Source: Fonticula alba ATCC 38817 (taxonomy: Eukaryota; Protista; Nucleariida). Taken from it: a stretch of DNA of 64,000 nucleotides. The stretch is from assembly GCA_000388065.2 (NCBI GenBank), contig KB932205.1; one strand, given 5' to 3'. This document shows, piece after piece, positions 25,044 through 35,640 of the stretch (positions are counted from its first letter, which is position 1; each line of letters opens with the position of its first letter). The notes below the pieces were generated by a model that was not told where the DNA came from, made no database searches, and saw nothing but the letters and a program-made list of their open reading frames with translations. Both the position numbers and the translations under genes were made by a program.

Positions 25044-25337
25044 CGTCCTTCTCGGCCCTGCCTCGTCCAAGGGTGACCGAATTAGGGCGCCACAGGGACG
25101 GTGGGGGGGGGGGGGGGGGGGGGGGGGCAGGGCCGACGACCAGCACCGGGTTTCAGATGGCGTCCCGTCGGCTACTGGCCCGCTCAGCCACTCCACCCCC
25201 CTCCACCCCATTCTCTGCAGATTTTCCTCCCCGCTTTCATCCATCCCTTCTCTCTCTCTCTCCCCTTCTCTCTCTCTCCCCCCTTCTCTCTCTCTCCCCC
25301 TCAATACACCCCCCGCTTTCCCCAACACGGCACCCGC

Positions 25338-27845
25338 ATGATGGCCACGCCAAACGGGCCAAGCCCGGTGCCGGCCTTCTTCCGCGACGCGCCGCAGCGG
25401 ACTCCCCTCGACGCGGTGGGCGCCGCCGCCCCGGCAGTGGGGGAGTTTCTGGCCCCAGCAGCCGGGTCCCCGGCGGCGGCCTTCGACTCCGCCTCCTTGG
25501 CGGTGGTGGTCTTCCCTTCGGATTCCCGAGTGGCCGGGCATCTGTTCGAGGCGCGCACCCTCTGTGGCAGTCTCTCGGCCCTGTGGACGCAACGCCCCAG
25601 GGCCGGGGACAGGACATCTGCCGTACCGGGCTCCGACCTGGTTTGCGACACCTGCTCGCAGGCGTGCGTCACCCTGCCCGGGGTGGACGCCGGTGGCGGG
25701 GCCGACGCTCCACCGGCCCCGGGACGCTTCCTCTCGGAACCGGGGCTCGGGGTGACAGCGGTGCCAGAGGCGCCGGCCCGGGCGATCTCCGACCCGACGC
25801 CGGACACCGGGTCTCCCGGCGCCGGGCTCGCTCTGTCGCCGCTGCTGGATGACATCTTCTCCACGGCCAATCGCCTGGCTTTGTCCTTCGAGCCGGATGA
25901 AATTGCCGCCCTCAGCCATGTGTTCCTGCAGCTTGGTCGCGAGCTGGATGGCTCGGGTGCGCTTGCGAGTGTCCACACTCGCCCGGTCACGCTCCTGTGC
26001 CTTTTTTTGTCCCCCCCCCCCCGGCCGGCCACTGGCTTGAGCTGGAGCCCATTTTCCTCGCGCTGACACATGTCCAAAGACACCGTTTCCACCACCCTCT
26101 GCCCGACGGACCTGAGCAACTCCTCGGTCGCCGAGCGGCCAATTGTCCTGAAGCCACAGCGGTCATATGTGCACCATCGCCATGCGGCGGCCGCCGTGGT
26201 GGCCCTGGGGACTCGACGTGCAACCGGCTACGGTCCGGGGCCCCTGTCCGGGGCGTCCTCCTCGCCGGCCCTGCAGTCGCTGCCGACCATCTCCCTGCAT
26301 CTTGGCGGGGCCGGGCCATCGGCCTCGGCAGCCTCGGCCTCGGCCTCGGCCTCGGCGGCTTCCTCCACCCCGGCAGGCTCTCTGCCCTCTTCTTCCTTCC
26401 CGGCAATCACCGTGGACCCCCAGTCGCCGGGTCTCGGTAGTGCCAGCAGCTCGCCGGCTCTCGGGCCGATCGCCCAGGCGACTGGCGGCCAGTCGCCGAC
26501 CGCCTCCATCCCCGGGGCCCTGTCCACATCAGGCTCCTCCTCGTCGCTGGTGGTGCCAGGCCTGTCGTCCGGCTCGTCGCCGCTTTCCACCACGGCGCCG
26601 GTGGGGGCCCCAGCCGCCGGGGCCACCAGTGGAGGCCCCGGGCGCGCTGCCTACCCAAGCCTCGGCCTGGCGCCGCTGTCGATCTCCTCCCTGCCGGGCT
26701 TCAGCGGGTCGCACCCGTCCATCTCGAATCTCAGCACGCCTCGGTCATCGGCTCTCTCCGGCGGGTCGTCCCCACTCCTGGCGTCTTTTTCATCGGTGGA
26801 GTTGCTTCCGCCCCTGTCCGGGGTATGGTCACTTCCTGCGCATGGGTGTAGGAGGGCTTTCTTGCCTTGCGTGTTGCTGCAATTCTGACCTCCCTCATGC
26901 ATTCGCCGATGCTCCCCGCGTGTCCTGCCTCTCCTACGCGCAGCCCATGTCTCTGGTCGTGGCCAAGTGCGGCCCGGTGGCTGTGGCCGTGGTTGCCTGT
27001 CACAGCGCACTCCCGACGCCGGTGGGCGCGGACGCCGTTCCCGGCCCCGGTGGGCGTCCTGGCGCTGGCGGCGTGTCCCTGGCCAAGTCCTGCGCCTCCT
27101 CGCCGGATCATCTGCACGACGCCTTCCGGCGCCTCCTCCTGCACCGGCTGGCCATCCCCGCGGCGCAGGTGTTCGCTGCCCAGTGGCATGCGGATGTTTT
27201 GCGTGCCGTGTCGGCCGGCCTGCCGGATGAAGTACGTCGCCTGTCCAGCTCCATTCCTGCCACTCCTCTGCCCTTGGCTTCCATGCGCCGGGACTGACGG
27301 CCCGTGCCTTTCTCCTCTCGCCGCCGGGCTCGGTGTCTCTTGCTCTTGTCCCCTTTTTTTTTCCCCGGCTTCCGGTCCCTTCTCGATGTCGGGCATAGCG
27401 CCTGGCCGATGACACTCCGCTGCATTTCCGGGACTTCCACGCGGACATCTCCCTCCTTCTTGGCCGAGCGGCCGGGCTGAATGCCTTCCGGTTCCCGCTG
27501 ATCCGGCCCATTCCCTTGTTGCTGCCCTCGGGCTTCCGCCGGGTCTCGTGGTTCCCGGTGGATGATGTGCTTGACAGCCTTTCGGCTCTGTCGCTGGAGG
27601 CGGACTATTTTGACCGGCAGGTGACCGGCGTCGGTGGGGCCCCTGCGGCTGGGAGCGCCCCCCGGCTGCGTTTCTCCCATCGGTGCCAGTGCGCCGCGCT
27701 GACGGAGGCCATCGACGCCGGGTTGGCCTCGGCGCCGCGGCCCCCGCCGCCGGAGGCCGCCACCGATGAGGACGCCCACTTGCTGGCCCTCAGCGGGGGA
27801 TCCCATCGATCCATGTCGACTTGTTCCTTCACAACAGCCATCTGA
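25338..27845 (+). CDS. Hypothetical Ser/Ala/Pro-rich protein, about 4 exons
   Basis: Coding-like exons bounded by GT..AG: LLDDIFSTANRLALSFEPDEIAALSHVFLQLGRELDG; a long S-rich exon; PMSLVVAKCGPVAVAVVACH...HDAFRRLLLHRLAIPAAQVFAAQWHADVLRAV; RLADDTPLHFRDFHADISLLLG...FTTAI*. No family recognised. The start codon is uncertain (alternative ATG near 25157). Confidence 0.6.
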
Positions 27846-27971
27846 TTTGCCTCGGCCCCGGGCGGGCACGCAATGCACCGGTCCAAATGCCCACCCTCGG
27901 CCTGCCTGTCGCTTCTTGTCTTCTCCATCATCCCGGACTTGCCGGCAATTGGGTCACAGGGGGAGAGGTAT

Positions 27972-29649
27972 CTATTGGAAGTGGAGGTCTCGAGTCGGGC
28001 CCGGACACTGTGATCGGCTGGATCCCCCGGGAGAGTCCGCCGGCTCGAAGTGATCCATGCACCAGATGCAAAATGTGTGACGCCTGCGAAGATGTTCATT
28101 CACCTCGCTCAGGCGATCCGCCACCTGGGAAGCGGCATGGACAGCGATTAGTAGGGGGAGGGGGGGGGGGCAAAGGGGAGGCCACCGGAATCCGGCATGA
28201 TGTAGGGGAGAAGGAAAAGGGAAGAAAAAGAGGAAGCGGCGTGTACCTCAAGCGCCTCGAAGACCGAGCATCCGGATACTCCGATGCGGCATGGCGGCCC
28301 GGTGGCAGTGGGCGGGTCTCCAGGCAAAGGCTCCGACGGGGCGGCCCCCATGCTGGCTTCGGGCATATCACTGGCAGTTCCACCCTGGGCAGTGGCCACA
28401 GTGGCAACTTCCGGGGCGGTGGCAAGCATGTCGGCCTTCGAGAGCGCGGCCGGCTCGCCAATCTCCGACGGGGCATCGGCCTCGCCTTCGGAGTCCCGGG
28501 GGGAAGCCCGACCATTGGCTTCGGTGGGGGGAGCCACCTCCCCGGGGGCTGGGCTTCCTGGGCCGGAGGCGACATCGCAGTGGAGGCAGGTGTCCGGAGG
28601 CGTTGGGATCTCCTGCACTGAGGTGAATCTTTTCGCCCAGAGGATCGGCCAGAGACACGATGGTGGGATGTTCTGCGGCGAGGGGGGCAGGTGAGGAAGG
28701 GGCAACTGATTACGGGGGATCGGGGAAGCAGGGAGGAGCGAGGCAAAGGGCCGGGGAAAAGGGCCACCGGCACGGGGACATACCTGCTTCAGGTCCAGAC
28801 GGAAGCACAGCTTACGGGCGGCGCGCTCATCGTTGGCGTCCTGCCGGGAGCTTCGAGCCTGGAAAACCCGCTCGGCATAGTGTGCCGGTTCGGCGGGCAT
28901 GGAGGAATCGGCCGCCGCGTCGGCCACAAACGGCGCGGCCAGTTCGTCCATGCCAAAGCCCAGCCCCAGACGATGGCCCACTGCCGGGATGCCAGGAGCG
29001 GGGATGTGAGTCGGACGAGGGGACAAACGGCGCAAGGGGGGGGGGGGGGGCCGAGGGTGGCTCGTACGCACGTTCAAACCGATCGAGGTCTACCTGGATG
29101 GGCGCAGGGGGGATGGCACTTGAGGAGGCGCCGCCAGGCGGGGCTCCCACCACTCCGGAAAAGATGGAATCGCCTCCGGGCTTCGGGGCCGTTTCTCCAT
29201 ACAGCAGTCTGAAGCCCTTGTTGTCGCTCTGCAGGGGCTTCTGCATGCCATCGCGGAGGGCGTCCATGGCTCGCTCGGCCAGGGGCAGCGTGCGCGCTGG
29301 GCCGCTACGGCATGCCCGAAGAGAGGAAGGACCGGTCAGCGCCATGGCAAGGGGGAAAGGGGAGGAGCAGGAAGGCTGGGCTCCAGTCGGCATACCGCTT
29401 TTTGGTGACCATTTTGGCGGGGCGTCGCCCGGTCAGCGACCGGGACTTCTGCAAGGCATCTTCAGCGGCCTGGAGCACCGCGTCCGACATGTAATCCAAC
29501 TCCTCCTCGCTCGAGGAATCCCGCTCGGCCGAGGGGTCCATGGCTGTGGCGCCTCCGAGGGCGGATGGCGGAAGAGCGGGGTACTCCGCCGGGGGAGGCG
29601 GCCAGGTGTTCTCCTGGCCCGGACTCGAGGGCGGCGACGAGTCAAACAT
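27972..29649 (-). CDS. GPATCH11: G-patch domain protein 11 (CCDC75)-like with DUF4187
   Basis: N-terminal EEELDYMSDAVL, central DGMQKPLQSDNKGFRLL, and last exon VADRLSEVNEHLRRRHTFCIWCMDHF...SQCPGPTRDLHFQ*, matching the DUF4187 pattern YLR..H.YC.WC...CPG.T...H. Confidence 0.8.
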
Positions 29650-30717
29650 CCGCGAGTATGTATGAGTCAAGGCGGCAGAGCGAGCAACGAAGGAGGCAGA
29701 GGACTGGAGACAAGGGGAGAGGCGCGGTACTGGCAACCAAAATGCGCTTGTGGCAGCAGGGTCGCCACTCTTGCCATGTGCGGGAGTGGGAGCAGGTGGA
29801 GGGCAGATGGTGGCTCTCCGGGTGAGAGGGAGGGGGCCGTGCCGGCGGGGCGGCATCCGGGCTTGTTTTATTTTTTTTTCCCAACTCCCCTCTGACCGGA
29901 TTGCATTCCTGGCGAGGGGTGATCGGCGAGCAGGCCCGCATGTGACGCATCACGAGGCGGCATGATCCCGGAGCACATAAATGCCATTCCAATCGTTACT
30001 ATTTGAAAATCCACCCACATCGCCAGGGCCGACCAGGGGCACCGCCCCGGGAGCCGGGGGGATCGGGACAGGAAATCCGTGGCGCCTGACAATCTGCATG
30101 GTGGCATGCTAGTAGTGTCTACCTGCCTGGGATCCTACGCTGGCTGGGGTATTGCACGCATAGGTGGGCGAGGGGGGGGGGGGGGGGGGGGGGCCGGACC
30201 GGGGCGGGGTGGCACGCCGCCGGGGGATCGGCCAGACCCCTGCCAATTCCCCGGTACTCGCGGGGCTGGCTCCCGCGGCGCCCCCCCTCCTCGTTCCCGG
30301 GGCCGGGGCCCGAGAGGAAGAGCCCGGTGGGGCCCGTTGCCCGTTGCCGAGCAGGCGGAAGCCGGGCCAGGGCGCTGGGGAGCTGCCACCTGAGCGCCCG
30401 GCAGCCAGATCGCCGCTCTGGGGAGGGGGGGGGGGGGGGGGGGGCCGGGCGGCTCCAGGCGAAAACCCCGGGGGGGGGGCACTTATCAGGAAGGACGCGG
30501 CGGGCTCTCGGAGCCTCCAACGGCCAGATCCTGCCTCCCCCACCCTCTGCGCCGCTCCCGCCTCCGCTTATTTGGCTGACCGCCAAAGAAAAACATTTGC
30601 CCCGGCGCGCCCCGCATTCGCACAGACACACACACACACACACCCAGTCCATATATATCTCCCTCTCGCTCTCCCCTTCTTCGTTCCTCCCCCCTCCCCC
30701 CCGCGCCCCGGCCCGAC

Positions 30718-33700
30718 ATGACCGCCTTGGCCACCATGCGCGCCGAGCTGGCTGCGCAGCTCCCCGAGACCGGGACTGCCAGCCTCGGAGACCACTTCTG
30801 CCTTGTGGAGCAGGAGTCTCCGGCCGAGGCGGACTTCATCCTGGAGGAGCATTTCCCGGTCCTGTCCGGCGCCGAGATCGGGGCTGCCCACTTGACCGAG
30901 GGGTTCTTCGATCCGCGCAGCCCGGCGCTTGTGCGGCTCCGCACGCCGGTCCGCCCGGGCGCGGCCCCGATGGCCGATCGCCACCCGCTGGCCGCGCACC
31001 TTGCGCTGGCCCATCTCGAGGAGGGGTTCTTCGACCCGCGCAGCCCGTCGGCCGTGGTGCACCGGACCCCGGTCAAGCCTGGTACCATGGCCGAGGCCCC
31101 GGCCACTCCGAGCCCCCCGGTCCCCGAGCCGTCGGGGGTCGCTGCGGCCACCGCGCGCATGGCCTCGGCCGATCTGGATGAGGGCTTTTTCGACCCGCGC
31201 AGCCCGGCCATCCTCCTTCACCGGACTCCGGTTCGGCCGCTGGACAAGCCGACGGTCCACGCGGCGCGCATGGCCTCGGCCCAGCTGGAAGATGGTTTCT
31301 TTGATCCCCGTAGCCCGGCGGCCGTGTTGCACCGGACCCCGGTCCGTCCGGGCGGTGCTGCTGCCCCTGCACCGGGGGCCTCTGTCCACCCGGGGCATGT
31401 GGCCCGGATGGCGTCGGCCGATTTGGCCGAGGGGTTCTTCGATCCGCGCAGCCCGGCGGCCGTGCTGCACCGGACCCCGGTGCGGCCGGCCACCACTGCC
31501 CCCGCCGTGGCCCCGGCCGATGGGTCTGTCCATGGTGCTGCGCGTTTGGCATCGGCCGAGCTGGAGGAGGGGTTCTTCGACCCGCGGAGCCCGGCGGCCG
31601 TGCTGCGTCGGACGCCGGTCCGGCCAGGCGCCACGGCCCCTGGGTCATCCATCCGCATGCACATTGCGCGCTTGGCGTCGGCCGACTTGGATGCCGGGTG
31701 CTTCGACCCGCGGAGCCCGTCGGCGGTGCTGAGCCGGACGCCGGTCCGCCCGGGCACGAGCCAGGCCGCATCCTCTCGGCGCCCGGCCACCGTCCACATC
31801 GCGCGCCTGGCTGCTGCCCACCTGGAGGAGGGGTTCTTCGACCCGCGGAGCCCGTCGGCGGTCCTGCACCGGACGCCGGTCCGGCCGGGCGAGCCCTCGG
31901 CCGCCTCCCTGGCCAGGGATCCGACCACGCCCCGCGCGCCCGCCACGGCCGTGGTGCGCCTGGCTGCGGCCCATCTGGAGGAGGGTTTCTTCGATCCCCG
32001 GAGCCCGACGGCTCTGGTTCACCGGACCCCGGTCCGGCCGGCCGAAGACCCGGTGCCCACCTTCATGGCAGACCCGACGGCCCTTGTCGCGCGCCTGGCC
32101 GCTGCTCGGCTGGAGGAGGGGTTCTTCGACCCGCGGAGCCCGTCGGCNNNNNNNNNNGTGCCCACCTTCATGGCAGACCCGACGGCCCTTGTCGCGCGCC
32201 TGGCCGCTGCTCGGCTGGAGGAGGGGTTCTTCGACCCGCGGAGCCCGTCGGCTGTCTTCCGTCGGACGCCGGTCCGGCCGGAGGGCCCTGCCCTCGCCGA
32301 GGCGCCGGTCACGACCAACCCCCGGGTGTACGAGGCCCGTCTGGCGTCGGGCGACCTGGATGAGGGCTTTTTCGACCCGCGGAGCCCGGCGGCCGTGCTG
32401 CACCGGACGCCAGTCCGGCCGGGCACGGCGGCCACTCTGCCGGGCCCCCACGTGGCGCACATGGCCTCGGCCCAGCTTGCTGATGGGTTCTTCGACCCGC
32501 GCAGTCCGGCGGCCGTGTTGCACCGGACGCCGGTCCGGCCAGGCACTGCCGCCCCGGCTGCCGCGGCCCCCCTGGCGCGTCTGGCCTCTGCCGACCTGGA
32601 GGCCGGGTTCTTCGATCCCCGGAGCCCATCGGCCGTGCTTCACCGGACGCCGGTCCGGCCGGGAGTGGCCCCGGTTGAGGCCAACCCCCGCGTGCATGCT
32701 GCGCGCCTGGCATCGGCCGACTTGGAGGCGGGGTTCTTCGACCCGCGTAGCCCGTCGGTGGTCATGCACCGGACTCCGGTTCGGCCGGCCGACCCGCCGG
32801 CCGCCATGCCGCCATCCACCGTGTGCCTGGCGTCGGCCGACCTGGAGGAGGGGTTCTTCGATCCGCGCAGTCCGACGGCCGTGCTGTGCCGGACGCCGGT
32901 CCGGCCGGCCGAGGCGGCCGCCGGTCCGGGCACGCCCTCCCCCCCGGCGGCCGCGCGCTTGGCATCGGCCGATCTGGCGGCCGGGTTCTTCGACCCGCGG
33001 AGCCCGACGGCCGTGCTGCACCGGACGCCGGTCCAGCCATCGTCGGCCGCCGCCCCGGGCTCGGATGCGGCCTTCGACCCGCGGAGCCCGTTGCTGGTCG
33101 TGCGCCGGACGCCGGTCAAGGTCTTCCGCTTTGGCACCGCCACCATGGTCGCCGAGGGGCCGGCCCCGGACGCGGTCAGCCCCGCGGCCACGGTTTGCTG
33201 GTCGCTGGAGCCCGTGGTGCCGGGTGTGCCTGATGCCGGGTCCGAGCCCCTCGAGCCCGGGATGGCGGACGCCGCCAAGCCCGAGCCGGAGGCCGTTTCG
33301 CTGCTGGTGCGCATGGCCTCGGCCGACCTGGATGAGGGGGCCTTCGATCCGCGCAGCCCGGCGGTCGTCCGCCGCCGGACGCCCGTCCGCCCGGCCGACA
33401 CACACACCGCCCCTGGGCCCGCCCCGGCCGAGGCGCCCACCACGCCGGCCCAACCAGCCGACCGGTCTCTCTACATCAGCATTGGGAGCTTGTCCCTCAT
33501 GCCGAGCCCAGGCCGCCTGTCGACCATGGACAGCGCGGCCGAGGAGGAGCTGCAGCTCCTGTCCCCGGCCGACGTTGCTGCCGTTGCGTTGCTGGCGACC
33601 AAGCCGACCGATGCCGCGGTCGCAGCTCCCTCCGACGAGACTGTCTCCGCCGAGGCTCCCGCCACAACGCCTGCCTCTGCCGAGTCCCCCACCGCAGAGT

Positions 33701-34795
33701 CCCCCACCGCGGAGTCCCCCACCGCGGAGTCCCCCACCGCGGAGGCCGCCAGCGCGGAGGCCCCTGCCGCGGAGGCCCCCGCCGTTTCCACTCCTAATGT
33801 CCCTGTCCGGCCCCTGGGGTCGCAGGTTCTTTTCAAACCAACTCTGGGCCTTTCCTCCCCGGCTGCGCCCCGGAAGAATGGTGCGTTCGTTGTGCTGCTC
33901 GCTGTCGAGCCCCTGCCGCGCCACAGACCGGCCCCCCCCCTGTGACTGTGATATTGACCCCTTGTGGATGTCCCTCCTTGTTTTTTTTCTTTCCTTTTTT
34001 TGCTATCCCCTCCTCCTCCCCCCCCCACTGCACGTAGCCACCTCGCATGGTACACCGACGACCGCTGGCGGCCGGTCGGGCTTCGTGCTGCCCGGGGTGA
34101 CCTCCAGTACGCCCAACCGGCGCCGCGCGCTGGGCCTGGACTCGAGTGCGGCTGGCGGCTCGCCGCTGGGCGCCAGTCCCTCGCGTCTGGCCACCGGCAC
34201 AGTGCTGCCCTTCAGTTCGCCGGCCGGTGGGGGGCCGGCGCCGGCCCTGGCCGCGCGTGCCCGGTCCCGGTCGACCCTTGGCCCGATGGTTCTGCCGTCG
34301 GCGGTTGCCGCGGACTCGCCGGCGGCCGGGGCCACATCGGCGGCGGGCACTTCGCGCCCGGGCATGCGGTCCTCCGGCCCCGGCGCCCTGGTGCCTGGGC
34401 GCCTGCAAATCGACACGACGCTGGCCGCTCGGGCCGCGGCCGCCACCGGCTCGCCGCGTGTCGACTCGACCACCACCCCCCGCGAGCCGCTGTCTGCCAC
34501 CGGCCCCCTCAGCGCCAACACCCTCTTCCCGGCGGCCCATGTGCAGCTTGGCGGCGTGGGCCAGGAGAATGCCGGGCCTGGGGGCTCCTTTGCCAGTGGT
34601 GCCGGCGCCGGCGCTGCCGCTGGCACCCCGGGCAAGAAGCTGGCCTCCGGTGCATCTGGTGGCACCCCGGGCATGAAGTTGGCCCCTGGCGGCGCCGGTC
34701 CGCTGGTGCCGGACCTGGTGGGGCGCGGTGTCGGTCGCACTCCCCTCACACCGCTCACCCTCACAGGCCCCGACTCGCCGCTCATCATCCGCTAG
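30718..34795 (+). CDS. About 1300-aa disordered protein with 18-19 DPRSP-x5-RTPV repeats (CDCA3/Tome-1-like motif), 2 exons
   Basis: Exon 1 30718-33880; GTGCGT..TAG intron 33881-34037 (phase 1 joins G+CC = Ala); exon 2 34038-34795. The repeats are conserved at protein level with synonymous variation, which supports real coding. Confidence 0.85.
30880..33390 (+). repeat. Intragenic protein repeat array, core (ARLAxAxL)EEGFFDPRSPxAVLHRTPVRP with variable A/P-rich spacers
   Basis: 19 DPRSP occurrences counted in the translation, one of them duplicated across the N-gap at 32148-32157. Units are roughly 38-52 aa. Confidence 0.95.
33676..33783 (+). repeat. 15-nt tandem repeat encoding (AESPT)n then AEAP/S variants
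   Basis: Four near-identical GAGTCCCCCACCGC(A/G)-type units followed by degenerate copies. Confidence 0.85.
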
Positions 34796-35640
34796 AGGGG
34801 CCATGGGACCCGTGGCGTCTCGCGCGCACATGTGCACGCGCCTCCCTCCCCTCCCCCCCCCCCCCTGCGCGAGATCTGCCCTCACCTCGTCCTGACCGCC
34901 CCCCCTCCGGTTTATCCTGCGCGCACGCCCTGGCGTGGCTGCGCCCCACATGTTTCCCGTCTTTCATTTCGCGTGCACATTCTTGCCCCCTCCCCCTCCC
35001 TCCCCCCGTGTATATACAGAGGTTCTGCCATCCTTTTTTTTTGTCTTGTGTCCCCGGCCGGTTACACGTCCCCGTCTCATGCGTCTCGGCCCAGCCGGTC
35101 CGATCGCGGCGCTTCCTGGGTCTACCCGTATCTGCCAACGAAAGAGGATCATGTGGCGGGCATCGCCGTTATCTTTTCAAATTTCCCTCGCGACCTTGGC
35201 CGTGGCTTCCTCCTGACTCGATCTCACGCCCGGGGAGGAGCGGAGGAAGCACCGAGGCGGGGGGAGAGGGGCGAGACAGGGGCAGACATTGTGGGCAGAT
35301 CGGAACACCGAGCCACAGTCGGCTTTCTCTCTGTCTCTCCTCCTCGCCTCTCGCCGTCCCCCCTCTCTCTCGGGCAGACAGGGATCCGGGATCGGATGGC
35401 TCGATGTCAAAATAAAAAAGCCCCAGCGGCGGAGGCGGCCCCCCCGGTCGGCACTCCTCTTCCCCCCCCCCCCCCCCCCACCCTTTCCGCAGTTGTCCTT
35501 GCCTGGCCTCCCCCCTCGCCTCACCCTCGCTCGCCTCCCCTTCTCTCCCCCTCTTTGTTTTTCTCTCTCCTCCTCTCTTCCCCTCCCCCCCCCCCCCATC
35601 TCATCAGCCACCACCCCACCGGGTCCCCCTAGACAGCATC

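Noticed and set aside
30002-30007. TTTGAA (CHR-like) upstream of the repeat gene and, reversed, upstream of WDHD1 (about 35175)
   Set aside because: About five occurrences in the window, close to chance expectation, and several lie in CDS or introns.
30880-33390. CRISPR-like appearance (conserved repeats with variable spacers)
   Set aside because: The repeats vary at synonymous positions, stay in one reading frame, have irregular spacers, and there are no cas genes. It is a protein repeat.
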